32,000 nucleotides of DNA from an uncultured Chloroflexia bacterium. Its GTDB lineage: Bacteria; Chloroflexota; Anaerolineae; Anaerolineales; Anaerolineaceae. Position numbers and translations under genes: made by a program. The notes beneath the pieces are model-generated. The model worked only from the letters and a program-made list of their open reading frames with translations, was not told where the DNA came from and searched no databases. The stretch covers positions 4,530,001 to 4,562,000 of the forward strand of contig OY969938.1 of assembly GCA_963704755.1 (NCBI GenBank). The letters run 5' to 3'. Positions 1-8,409 of the stretch are shown here, in pieces (positions within the stretch are counted from its first letter, which is position 1; each line of letters starts with the position of its first letter).

Positions 1-373
1 ATCCATCCCTGGGAAAACGCAAACCAAACTCAATTTATGACCACATCTGGGGATGGTTTTCGACGATTTAGCCGGCTGTTTGAGGATGCGAATAATGCTA
101 TTTTTCACATAAAACATATGTTCTACGAGAATAATTTTAAGGTTAGATTCCGTTACCGGCTATTGCAATGGCCGATCAGTTGTGCTAGAATCATAACCGT
201 AAATATACGGTATATATATCCACATACCCCCACCTATGGGGGTATATTTGACCAAAGTAGAAAACTCAATTAGCAAGGAATTAAATAAAGGGATTAAGGG
301 CAAGTCGATTAATCCCTTCTCGTTTCCGGCTAATCCGATCGTCGAACAAAATACTTGACCAGGGAGGAAGATC

Positions 374-823
374 TTGCGTTGCCCTTATTGCCACAATGAA
401 CAATCCAGGGTGATTGATACGACTCACGATGCAAGGGGAGGCGTAAGACGCCGCCGCGAATGTGAAAAGTGTAAGCAGCGTTTTTCGACTTACGAGCGGC
501 CGATTTTGGCCACACCGCTGGTCGTAAAGCGCGATGGTACCCGCGAAGAGTTTGACCGGGAGAAGCTGATGCGCGGCATCCGCATCGCCTGCGCCAAACG
601 GCCCGTCTCAGCGGCCGAGATCGACCGGCTGGTCGGTGAGATCGAATTGTCGCTGCAGCAAATGGGCCGGGCCGAAGTGTCTTCCCGTGTGATCGGCGAC
701 ATGGTCATCGCCGGGTTGAAGGACCTGGATCTGCTGGCGTATATTCGCTATGCCATTGTTTATTTGCACTTGAACGATTTACATGCAATCCGCAAAGAAA
801 TCGACCGGTTATTAGAAGTTTAA
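374..823 (+). CDS. nrdR: Transcriptional repressor NrdR (zinc ribbon + ATP-cone)
   Basis: 149-aa ORF with a TTG start at 374 and an AGGGAGGA Shine-Dalgarno at 361-368. The N-terminus has a CxxC...CxxC zinc ribbon (CPYC...CEKC), followed by an ATP-cone-like region ([20 protein letters not shown]...). It lies directly upstream of an RNR gene, the classic nrdR context. Confidence 0.93.
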   Translation: MRCPYCHNEQSRVIDTTHDARGGVRRRRECEKCKQRFSTYERPILATPLVVKRDGTREEFDREKLMRGIRIACAKRPVSAAEIDRLVGEIELSLQQMGRAEVSSRVIGDMVIAGLKDLDLLAYIRYAIVYLHLNDLHAIRKEIDRLLEV

Positions 824-834
824 GGAGTGATGAG

Positions 835-3438
835 ATGGTAACAAAAGCAAAACAATCTAAAAATGGTTTACTTCCCTTGCCGCGCAAGCCTGGAGATTTA
901 CCATCCATCGATTTAACCGATAACGCCCGCCAGGTGCTCGAACGGCGTTACGTTCGCCGTGGGCAAAACGGCGAACCGGCCGAGAATGTGGACGAGATGT
1001 TCTGGCGGGTGGCCTATAATGTGGCTAAAGTTGAGGAGCTGTGGAGCGGCGACGTGGACCAGCGCGCCCGGGATTACTACACGCTTCTCACCTCGAAGAA
1101 GTTCTTCCCCAATTCACCGACCTTTACCGGGGCCGGCACGCCCCTGGGCCAGTTGGCAGCTTGCTTTGTGCTGCCGATCACCGATGATATGGGCCGGGAT
1201 TCGGCCGGCATTTTCCAGACGCTGCGCGACGCGGCCCTGATCCAGCAGACCGGCGGCGGCAATGGTTTTTCCTTTTCGCGCCTGCGCCCCAAGGGCAGCC
1301 TGGTCAGCTCGTCGGCCGGGCAGGCCACCGGGCCGGTAGGCTTTTTACGCGTGTACGATAACGCCTTTGGCGAGGTCGCCCAGGGCGGCACCCGCCGGGG
1401 CGCGAACATGGCCGTGCTGCGGGTAGATCACCCGGATGTGGAAGAGTTCATCACCTGCAAGACCGACGAGAACCAGATCACCAATTTCAATATCTCGGTC
1501 GGCATCACCGACGCTTTTATGCAGGCGGTCGAAAACGACCAGGACTGGGACCTGCGCTTCCCGGACGTCCATTCGCCGCTCTACCGCCAGATCGGCGGGA
1601 CGCTCGAGCAGATGGAGCAGGCCGGGGTGCCGATTATCACCTTCAGGACGGTGCGCGCCCGCGATCTGTTCGAAAAAATCGTCACCCAGGCCCACCATAA
1701 CGGCGAACCGGGCATGCTGTTCCTGGACGCGGCCAACCGCTCCAACCCGGTGCCGCAGATGTACCAGTTGGAAGCCACCAACCCGTGCGGCGAGCAGTGG
1801 CTTGGGCCTTACGAGAACTGCTGCCTGGGCTCGGTCAACCTGGCCCAACACCTCGGCCCGGATGGTCAGGTGGATTGGGAGGGCCTGCGCCAGAGCGTGC
1901 AGTTGGCCACCTGCTTTTTGGACGACGTGGTGGAAGCCAACGCCTACGTTCCGGCCGTGCCGCAGCTTTCCGAAGCGGCTCACCGCGCGCGGCGGATTGG
2001 CCTGGGCTTGATGGGCCTGGCCGACCTGATGTACCACTGCGGTATTCGCTACGGCTCGGAAGAGGGCCAGGAATTTGCCGCCCAGGTGACCGAGTTCATC
2101 CGCTACCATTCCATGGTCGCCTCGGCCAGCCTGGCCGAAGAGCGCGGGCCTTTCCCGGCCATCAACGGCTCGATCTACGACCCCAAGGCCTTTCGCTGGA
2201 CATCCCCCCAACCGTTGGAACCCTACAGCCATGATTACGGCCGGCCCAGCGTCGATTGGAGCGGGCTGGTCGAAACCCTGCGGCGGACTGGCATTCGCAA
2301 TGCGGCCCAAACCACTATCGCCCCCACCGGTACCATCGCCACCGTGGCCGGCTGTGAAGGCTACGGCTGCGAGCCGGCCTTTGCGCTGGCTTACATCCGC
2401 CACGTCAACGACAAGGGCAAAGATTTGCAGCTTACCTACGCCAGCCCGATGTTCGAGCAAGCTTTGGCACGGGAAGGCATCGAACCGGAAAAACGCCAGG
2501 AGATCGTCGAGCAGGTGATGGCGGATGGCTCGTGCCAGCAGGTGATGGACCTTACCGGGGAAATGCGGCGGGTATTCGTCGTCTCGGCCGATATTACCGC
2601 CGAAGAGCATGTGCGCATGCAGGCCGCCATGCAGGCCTTTGTGGACAATTCGCTCTCCAAGACGATCAACTTCCCGGCCGGGGCCAGCGAAGAGGACGTG
2701 GCCACGGCCTACCGCCTGGCCTGGAAACTGGGCTGCAAGGGCATTACGGTGTACGTGACCGGTTCGCGCGATAAGGTGGTGCTGGAGACCCACGCCACGA
2801 TCAAATCCAAAGCCGGCGAGGAAGTCGAACTGGCCGAAGAGGCCGGGGCGTTGGACGAGGGCGTCGTCTCGCAACTGCCGATGTGGCATGATACCAAGAA
2901 GCCGCGCCCGCGCTACCTGACCGGCTTCACTTACTCGGTCGAGACGCCATTGGGCAAGGCCTTCATCACCGTCAACGAAAACGGCGGCAGCCAGCCCTTC
3001 GAGGTGTTCATCAATACCGCCAAGGCTGGCTCGGATACGGCCGCCGTATCCGAAGCGATTGGGCGGATGCTGTCGTACATTCTGCGCATGGCCTCCCCGG
3101 TCGAGCCGTCCAAACGGCTGCGCGAGGCCACCAACCAGTTGCTGGGCATCGGCGGCGGGCGCTCGCTGGGCTTTGGGCCCAACCGGGTGCGCTCCCTGCC
3201 GGACGGGGTGGGCCAGATTTTGGACGAATACCTGCAAGGCCGGGCCGAGCGCATGGTCAACCAGACCCTGCACCAGGACGAAGTCATCCACAACCACCCC
3301 GCCCATTCCTCCGGTGAGCCGGTGGGCACCCAAAAACTGTTCAAGTTCGGCGACCTGTGCCCCGAGTGCGGCGAAGCCGCCGTGATCAACGAAGAAGGCT
3401 GCAGGAAATGCTACGCCTGCGGGTACAGCGAGTGCTAG
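835..3438 (+). CDS. nrdJ: Adenosylcobalamin-dependent (class II) ribonucleotide reductase
   Basis: 867-aa ORF. ATG 835 is preceded by AAGGAG (822-827), which overlaps the nrdR stop. Family hallmarks visible in the translation: [14 protein letters not shown], active-site [15 protein letters not shown], and a C-terminal Cys cluster CPECGE...[12 protein letters not shown]. No intein-sized insertion. Confidence 0.92.
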   Translation: MVTKAKQSKNGLLPLPRKPGDLPSIDLTDNARQVLERRYVRRGQNGEPAENVDEMFWRVAYNVAKVEELWSGDVDQRARDYYTLLTSKKFFPNSPTFTGAGTPLGQLAACFVLPITDDMGRDSAGIFQTLRDAALIQQTGGGNGFSFSRLRPKGSLVSSSAGQATGPVGFLRVYDNAFGEVAQGGTRRGANMAVLRVDHPDVEEFITCKTDENQITNFNISVGITDAFMQAVENDQDWDLRFPDVHSPLYRQIGGTLEQMEQAGVPIITFRTVRARDLFEKIVTQAHHNGEPGMLFLDAANRSNPVPQMYQLEATNPCGEQWLGPYENCCLGSVNLAQHLGPDGQVDWEGLRQSVQLATCFLDDVVEANAYVPAVPQLSEAAHRARRIGLGLMGLADLMYHCGIRYGSEEGQEFAAQVTEFIRYHSMVASASLAEERGPFPAINGSIYDPKAFRWTSPQPLEPYSHDYGRPSVDWSGLVETLRRTGIRNAAQTTIAPTGTIATVAGCEGYGCEPAFALAYIRHVNDKGKDLQLTYASPMFEQALAREGIEPEKRQEIVEQVMADGSCQQVMDLTGEMRRVFVVSADITAEEHVRMQAAMQAFVDNSLSKTINFPAGASEEDVATAYRLAWKLGCKGITVYVTGSRDKVVLETHATIKSKAGEEVELAEEAGALDEGVVSQLPMWHDTKKPRPRYLTGFTYSVETPLGKAFITVNENGGSQPFEVFINTAKAGSDTAAVSEAIGRMLSYILRMASPVEPSKRLREATNQLLGIGGGRSLGFGPNRVRSLPDGVGQILDEYLQGRAERMVNQTLHQDEVIHNHPAHSSGEPVGTQKLFKFGDLCPECGEAAVINEEGCRKCYACGYSEC

Positions 3439-3527
3439 GAGAAAAGAAGGCTTGTGGCCTGTCAATAAACGCAACTAGTGCAGCTTTTTCCAGACTAAAA
3501 ATGTGATAGCAAATTGAAAGCATCACT

Positions 3528-3556
3528 GGCTCGCTTTATCAGCGAGCCTTTTTTTA
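3528..3556 (+). terminator. Rho-independent terminator of nrdR-nrdJ
   Basis: GGCTCGCT (3528-3535), loop TTATC, AGCGAGCC (3541-3548), then a T7 run (3549-3555). It sits 90 nt after the nrdJ stop. Confidence 0.75.
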
Positions 3557-3889
3557 TTTAGAAATCTTATTATCGAATAAAATTCTTAAATTTTTATTAT
3601 GTTCCCTTCAATTTTGGAGGTTACAATTAAAATATTTCTTGCCTATATAAGAAAGAACAGGGTGTATCATTTATTCAAGATTTATTGTATAAATATTGTT
3701 ATTTAAACTATTTAATTTTTTCAAAAAAACAAATAATTTGTTTTCTATAAGGGAGGTCTTCGTGAATAATGAAAGAAATCAAAATTCAGAAAATAGTTCT
3801 AAGACTAATGCTGATACAGGAAGACTAAAAAATCAATTTTAGCTTAGTAAAAAAATATTAATCGAAACAATAGGTGAGAGGGATAACAA

Positions 3890-4258
3890 ATGGTTTGGTC
3901 ATCATTCTTTTCAAATTTAGCTGCTACACTAATTGGAGTAATAATTGGCCTCCCTATTGCATTATTAACAGATCGATTAATTAAGCAATTTGAAGATAAG
4001 AAAACAAAAATTGATGAAAAGAATGCTCTCATCCAGATTTGTAAAGAATTAAGAGTTTACATCCAACACGATATTGATCAATTAGTATCCTTATACGATA
4101 CAATGGAAAAAAGATGGGCCAAGGTTAGTTTACAAATCGACACTTCTATATGGTTAATCGTTAAGAATGATTTTATTCAATACAGTCAAGATTTAAAACT
4201 CACAAATAAGATTTCCTTTTATTACTCTAACCTAGTACATTTTAATAAAAGCAAATGA
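3890..4258 (+). CDS. Hypothetical membrane-anchored protein (one N-terminal TM helix, helical remainder) in an AT-rich islet
   Basis: 122-aa ORF in a strongly AT-rich stretch. The N-terminus FFSNLAATLIGVIIGLPIALL is a clear hydrophobic helix; the rest is K/E/D/Q-rich and helical-looking. I recognise no family. Confidence 0.45.
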   Translation: MVWSSFFSNLAATLIGVIIGLPIALLTDRLIKQFEDKKTKIDEKNALIQICKELRVYIQHDIDQLVSLYDTMEKRWAKVSLQIDTSIWLIVKNDFIQYSQDLKLTNKISFYYSNLVHFNKSK

Positions 4259-4268
4259 TCTATATAAC

Positions 4269-4457
4269 ATGTTTCTGGTTGCCTCCCTAGTCTCAAATAA
4301 TAATCAAGAAAATCTACAAAAACTGAAGGATGATCGAGAAGAAATAGCTAAATATCTGATGGAAATAATACCTGTACATTTAGAAAAAACCAGAAATATT
4401 GAAGAGGATCTTCAAAGAATGATTAGGAGACAAAAGATTGCAGGGGGAAAAATTTAG
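4269..4457 (+). CDS. Hypothetical small protein (possibly the frameshifted C-terminal continuation of 3890-4258)
   Basis: 62-aa ORF starting 10 nt after the previous stop. Its reading frame is already open from 4236, so it overlaps the end of the previous ORF. A +1 shift in the A/T runs at 4236-4258 would fuse the two into a protein of about 190 aa. No recognisable family. Confidence 0.3.
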   Translation: MFLVASLVSNNNQENLQKLKDDREEIAKYLMEIIPVHLEKTRNIEEDLQRMIRRQKIAGGKI

Positions 4458-4659
4458 ATTGCTCCCCTTGAGACTTGAGGGATAAATAATAGATTCTGTT
4501 CGGTTCGGCCCTTCTGTACCGTCAGCCGACACTGATCCGTTTGGTGGTGGGGTTGCATGGTAAAGGCACTGGGTCATCCTATAAGGGTAAATCGAAATTT
4601 TTTCCGGTTGCATCAGGGTGGGAGTAAAAAGGCACTGGCTATTAATGGATAGCTTGTAA

Positions 4660-4853
4660 ATTGTTCGACCCGGTCTCCAGACCGAGGTCGCTCTTATCGT
4701 TCGATCCATTAATACATTGTCTGCTTACAACGACAAAAATGTTAATGCGTAAGTCTTCACAAAAAACCTAATCTTATCCCGGTGGGCCTTGAAGAGCGGC
4801 CTCGGTCTGGAGACCGGGCCGATCTGCTGGGCGGCGAAATTGTGTGGCAAAGA
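4660..4853. repeat. REPIN-like element copy A (two inverted REPs around a conserved AT-rich spacer)
   Basis: 27-nt terminal inverted repeat CCCGGTCTCCAGACCGAGG[T/C]CGCTCTT at 4669-4695 and, inverted, at 4792-4818. The whole unit of about 194 bp recurs at 4936-5129 and 5223-5397 with only scattered substitutions. Confidence 0.85.
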
Positions 4854-4935
4854 CGGTGTGTCATCCGGCTGGGGAGAATCGCGAGTAGTAGGGCGGGGTA
4901 GAGATGGCATTGGCTAATTGTAGAAGGATTGTTTT

Positions 4936-5129
4936 ATTGTTCGATCCGGTCTCCAGACCGAGGCCGATCTTATCGTTCGATCCATTAATACATTATCTGC
5001 TTACAACGACAAAAATGTTAATGCGTAAGTCGTCACAAAAATCCAATCTTATCTCGCCAAGCGTTGAAGAGCGGCCTCGGTCTGGAGACCGGGCCGATCT
5101 GCTGGGCGGCGAAATTGTGTGGCAAAGAC
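4936..5129. repeat. REPIN-like element copy B
   Basis: Same architecture and near-identical sequence to copy A. This includes the spacer (...TCGATCCATTAATACATTATCTGCTTACAACGACAAAAATGTTAATGCGTAAGTC...) and the tail GGCGAAATTGTGTGGCAAAGAC. Confidence 0.85.
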
Positions 5130-5222
5130 ATTGCATCGATTTGGTTGAGGAAAATCGCTAGTGTTTCGTTAGCACCAGGATGGGCTGGACTTTACATTTG
5201 CCATTCATAGATGGCATGTTTT

Positions 5223-5397
5223 ATTGTTCGACCCGGTCTCCAGACCGAGGTCGCTCTTATCGTTCGATCAATTAATGCATTATCTGCTTACAACGACAAA
5301 AATGTTAATGCGTAAGTCGTCACAAAAATCCAATCTTATCTCGGGTAGGCGCAGAAGAGCGGCCTCGGTCTGGAGACCGGGCCGATCTGCTTGGTGG
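5223..5397. repeat. REPIN-like element copy C
   Basis: Third copy of the same unit. The right-hand tail diverges after GGGCCGATCTGCTTGGTGG. Confidence 0.8.
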
Positions 5398-5446
5398 CTT
5401 AATGTACGTTAATAACGGAGGGCCATCCGATCAGAGTCGTAGAGAT

Positions 5447-5484
5447 GCCTCGGTCTGGAGACCGGGCCGATCTGCTGGGCGGTG
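5447..5484 (+). repeat. Solo REP adjacent to the RAYT 3' end
   Basis: GCCTCGGTCTGGAGACCGGGCCGATCTGCTGGGCGG, lying 35 nt from the stop codon of the RAYT gene. Confidence 0.8.
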
Positions 5485-5518
5485 GAGGTAATGTGCGCAT
5501 GGTACGGGGCAATCGAAA

Positions 5519-6052
5519 TCATTGCATTTGATTAAAGTCAGTGATCGGAATGATCCCCGGTTTGCCCTCCAGCCAATAGCCGGCGGATGAGTATACCCAA
5601 TCCTGAGGGGATTCGACCAGGCCTTTGCGGCACGGATTCTGGTGGATGTATGCCAATTTCTGCAGCCAGAAACTTTCGGAGTAGATCGCTTCGGCGTGCC
5701 AGCTGGGCTGCCAAACTTGCCGGCTGCGATCGGACCGTTTTGAATTGGTTTTGTTTACCGTTTCTCCAGAATAAAGGAATTTGGCCAATTGCCGGCCGCT
5801 AAACTTGCGGAAATGAGTCAATGTGGCGCGCAGGTTTTGCGAATCCCCGTTAGCATCAAAAACAATAGCGTGCAAATGGCTGGGCATGATTACGTAAGCG
5901 TTAATCCGCAAGCCCTTGTTTTCGATGCAAAATAAAAGGCTTTCAATCAGAATTTGGGCCGGTTTCTCTTGCGTGAAAATTGGCACCCAATCAATGATGG
6001 TGAAGGTGACAAAATATACCTCCAGGTCTTCGGTGATGCGGTAATGGTTCAC
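5519..6052 (-). CDS. REP-associated tyrosine transposase (RAYT; IS200/IS605-like Y1 HUH transposase)
   Basis: 177-aa ORF with an HUH motif (IMPSHLHAIV) and the catalytic-Tyr motif YIHQNPCRKGLV typical of RAYT/TnpA(REP) proteins. It is flanked on both sides by copies of the same REP (5447 and 6131). Confidence 0.85.
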   Translation of the reverse strand: MNHYRITEDLEVYFVTFTIIDWVPIFTQEKPAQILIESLLFCIENKGLRINAYVIMPSHLHAIVFDANGDSQNLRATLTHFRKFSGRQLAKFLYSGETVNKTNSKRSDRSRQVWQPSWHAEAIYSESFWLQKLAYIHQNPCRKGLVESPQDWVYSSAGYWLEGKPGIIPITDFNQMQ

Positions 6053-6130
6053 GCTTTAATTATATAAGTGACTGGCTATCGCATGGCCAAATTTTGCATA
6101 GGTCAACCTTATGGGGTTTATCATTGTTCG

Positions 6131-6880
6131 GCCTCGGTCTGGAGACCGGGCCGATCTGCTGGGCGGCGGAGGGTCTGACAAAAGTGCAGGGCAAACCAGC
6201 TGTTATTTTTCTATAAAAAACATCTGTGTCCATCTGCGTATATCTGTGGCCAAAACCGACCGATCAGCAGGCCGATACGATCTGCTAGGCCGGCGGGGAG
6301 GTAATAAAGCCAGAAGGTCGATCCGATTGGGGTAGAAGAGCGGCCTCGGTCTGGAGACCGGGCCGATCCGCTGGGCGGCGGACGGTATGACAAAGACGCA
6401 GGGCAACCCAGCCGTTATTCTTCTTTTATAAAAAATATCTGTGTCCATCTGCGTATATCTGTGGCCAAAACCCCCGGTCGGCAGGCCGATTCGATTTGCT
6501 GGGCCGGCGGGGAGGTAATAAAGCCAGAAGGTCGATCCGATTGGGGTAGAAGAGCGGCCTCGGTCTGGAGAGGGGGCCGATCCGCTGGGCGGTAGATGGT
6601 CTGACAAAGGCGCAGGGTAAACCAGCTTTTTTTCTTCTTTAAAAAACATCTGTGTCTATCTGCGTATATCTGTGGCCAAAACCGCCCGATCAGCAGGCCG
6701 ATACGATCTGCTGGGCAGGAGCGGATGTGGTGAAGCCAGAAGGTCGATCCGATTGGAGGAGAAGAGCGGCCTCGGTCTGGAGACCGGGCCGATCTGCTGG
6801 GCGGCGGAAACTAAACCGATCACTATAAATTCTCTTCCAAAACAATTTATCTGTGTCCATCCGTGTACATCTGTGGCCAA
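6131..6880 (+). repeat. Tandem array, about 3.5 units of 212-214 bp, each unit carrying one REP plus an ATCTGYG-triplet module
   Basis: GCCTCGGTCTGGAGACC starts at 6131, 6343, 6557 and 6769, giving periods of 212, 214 and 212. Each unit also contains CATCTGTGTCCATCTGCGTATATCTGTGGCCAAAACC and a degenerate REP-tail-like segment (CAGGCCGATACGATCTGCTAGGCCGGCGG). The ORFs predicted here are repeat translations. Confidence 0.85.
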
Positions 6881-6964
6881 TACCATTTGCGAGCGGCTAG
6901 CACACAAAATGAGAATAAAAAAACCAGCGTGGCTACGCTGGCTCTTTGTGCGGGTCACTGGCGG

Positions 6965-7258
6965 TTAGCGCCAGGACAGTTGAATTACTTCCCATGATTT
7001 TCCCTGATGTCGATCACTGTAAACACTGCTCAATGTGCTGTATAAATATCGAACGATACCATGAAGTTCGTGGTGGGGGGCCACGGAAATGTATTCGTGA
7101 AGGGTGTTTTTGTCGTCGATGGCCCCAAAATTTTCCGTGAGGGTGGTGTACATTTCGTCGCAATACTTGCGCATTGCGGTATTATCCATATCTGCAACAA
7201 AATAAGAGATCGTCGAGAGGGTGGTTTTACAATCACCAATACTTGAAATTAATGCCAT
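6965..7258 (-). CDS. Hypothetical small protein (97 aa from ATG at 7258)
   Basis: ORF 6965-7306; the internal ATG at 7258 (MALISSIGDCK...) is the more plausible start. G+C is lower than in neighbouring genes. No family recognised. Confidence 0.35.
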   Translation of the reverse strand: MALISSIGDCKTTLSTISYFVADMDNTAMRKYCDEMYTTLTENFGAIDDKNTLHEYISVAPHHELHGIVRYLYSTLSSVYSDRHQGKSWEVIQLSWR

Positions 7259-7396
7259 TAAAATTAACTCCCAAAAAATAAGATTAAGTTGGTAAGGAAC
7301 AATCATGCCCGGCCAAGAATTGAACCAAATGTATTATAGTACAAGATAATGAATAGTGAATTTACATTTTAGATAACTGGGCCCTTAAAAACCCAA

Positions 7397-7435
7397 TTAT
7401 TGTTATTCACGCGCGAAGCACGTGAATAACAATAA
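7397..7435 (-). terminator. 15-bp perfect hairpin downstream of the dienelactone hydrolase gene
   Basis: TTATTGTTATTCACG (7397-7411), then CGCGAAGCA, then CGTGAATAACAATAA (7421-7435). The loop contains the GCGAAGC mini-hairpin motif. It sits 49 nt after the stop at 7484. There is no clear U-tail. Confidence 0.4.
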
Positions 7436-7483
7436 AAACATCCCTCTCTTTTGCATTAGCTAAGCAGGTTCGCGAGCCTTTTA

Positions 7484-8140
7484 TCAACTTAACTGATCGT
7501 GCAAAAAGGCGAGGGTGCGCTCCCAGGCGAGTTGGGCCGTAGGCGCATTGTACGCATCCTTGCGGTCCTCTTCGAAGAACCAGTGGCCCGTGCCGGGATA
7601 GGTGTAGAAGGTCACCGGCCGGTGAGCTTCTTGCAGGACCTTCTCCATTGCTTGCACAACCGGGGCGGGCTCATTCGGGTCCGTTTCGGCAAAGTGACCC
7701 TGGTAGGCTGCTTTTGAATCGTGGAAGTCGCCGTCACCGCCGTTGGTACCGTAGAACAGGGTCACCGCGCAGATCAGTTCGGGCTTGAGTTGGGCCAGCC
7801 ACAAGGCCCAGAAACCACCAAAGGAGAAGCCAACGACGCCCAGTCCCGGACCACTGACCGCCGGATGACTGATCAGCTCGTCCGCGGCGGGCAGGATTCT
7901 GGGCGGGACCTCGTGTTCCCAATCCAGGTTCGTTACAAGATTTTCGGCTTCCTCGATCGTCTGGGCGATTTTGCCGGCGAACATATCCGGCGCGAGGGCT
8001 ACAAACCCGGCTTGCGCCAGCCGGTCACAGACACTTTTGATGAAGTCGTTCAAGCCCCACCAGGGGTGCAGCACCAGTACGCCCGCTCCCTTGCCGGATG
8101 CGGGTACGGCCAGGTAGCGGTTGGTCGAAAGATCGCTCAT
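7484..8140 (-). CDS. Dienelactone hydrolase family protein
   Basis: The ORF extends to 8290, but ATG 8140 (MSDLSTNRY...) has a GGGAGG SD just upstream on the minus strand. Alpha/beta-hydrolase nucleophile elbow GFSFGG; LHPWWGL and a C-terminal YPGTGHWF are typical of DLH proteins. Confidence 0.85.
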   Translation of the reverse strand: MSDLSTNRYLAVPASGKGAGVLVLHPWWGLNDFIKSVCDRLAQAGFVALAPDMFAGKIAQTIEEAENLVTNLDWEHEVPPRILPAADELISHPAVSGPGLGVVGFSFGGFWALWLAQLKPELICAVTLFYGTNGGDGDFHDSKAAYQGHFAETDPNEPAPVVQAMEKVLQEAHRPVTFYTYPGTGHWFFEEDRKDAYNAPTAQLAWERTLAFLHDQLS

Positions 8141-8337
8141 TTTAGCCTCCCAACAAGCAGCCGATTTAAGTCGGGCTGGCGAATCAGCCCACTTGAATCG
8201 GCTATGGAAATATAGTTCTATTATATACAAAATTGGTCGTAAATACCCCGGAATTAATCGTCTGGTTTGGCAGCGCCCGGATGCGTGCAAAATTGTAGCC
8301 GGCCAGTTTACAAAAAACTAATCTTTGTTACAAATCA

Positions 8338-8366
8338 TTGTCTTTTCGATCTGGATTCGCTAAAAT
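8338..8366 (+). promoter_or_regulatory. Candidate sigma-70-type promoter for the KAP locus
   Basis: TTGTCT (8338-8343), a 17-bp spacer, then TAAAAT (8361-8366), about 45 nt upstream of ATG 8410. Pattern match only. Confidence 0.25.
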
Positions 8367-8409
8367 GAATTTAGGGAGGATGGTAAGGGGGTTTTGACTG
8401 GGGGAAAAA

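Noticed and set aside
37-273. 78-aa ORF at the window start.
   Set aside because: It lies in an AT-rich promoter or leader region of nrdR, has no SD, and has an odd composition. It is more likely non-coding regulatory DNA.
1-834. Looked for a cobalamin riboswitch, because nrdJ uses AdoCbl.
   Set aside because: I found no B12-box-like core or extended conserved structure. B12 riboswitches normally control B12-independent RNRs or transporters, not nrdJ, and regulation here is better explained by NrdR.
1345-3474. 709-aa ORF antisense to nrdJ.
   Set aside because: It is a typical high-GC shadow ORF with A/G/R/H/P-rich composition and no motifs. The plus-strand frame has unambiguous class II RNR motifs.
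6131-6880. Regularly spaced repeats that could be mistaken for a CRISPR array.
   Set aside because: The period is about 212-214 bp. The inter-repeat sequence is itself repeated, so there are no unique spacers. The repeat is the same REP that flanks the RAYT gene, and there are no cas genes.
4725-6958. Numerous 60-150-aa ORFs (for example 4904-5161, 5224-5412, 6111-6335, 6203-6649, 6656-6958).
   Set aside because: All are translations of REP/REPIN or tandem-array repeats (recurring peptides such as VSRPRP and RSGDRADLLGG). They occur on both strands with no independent coding signal.
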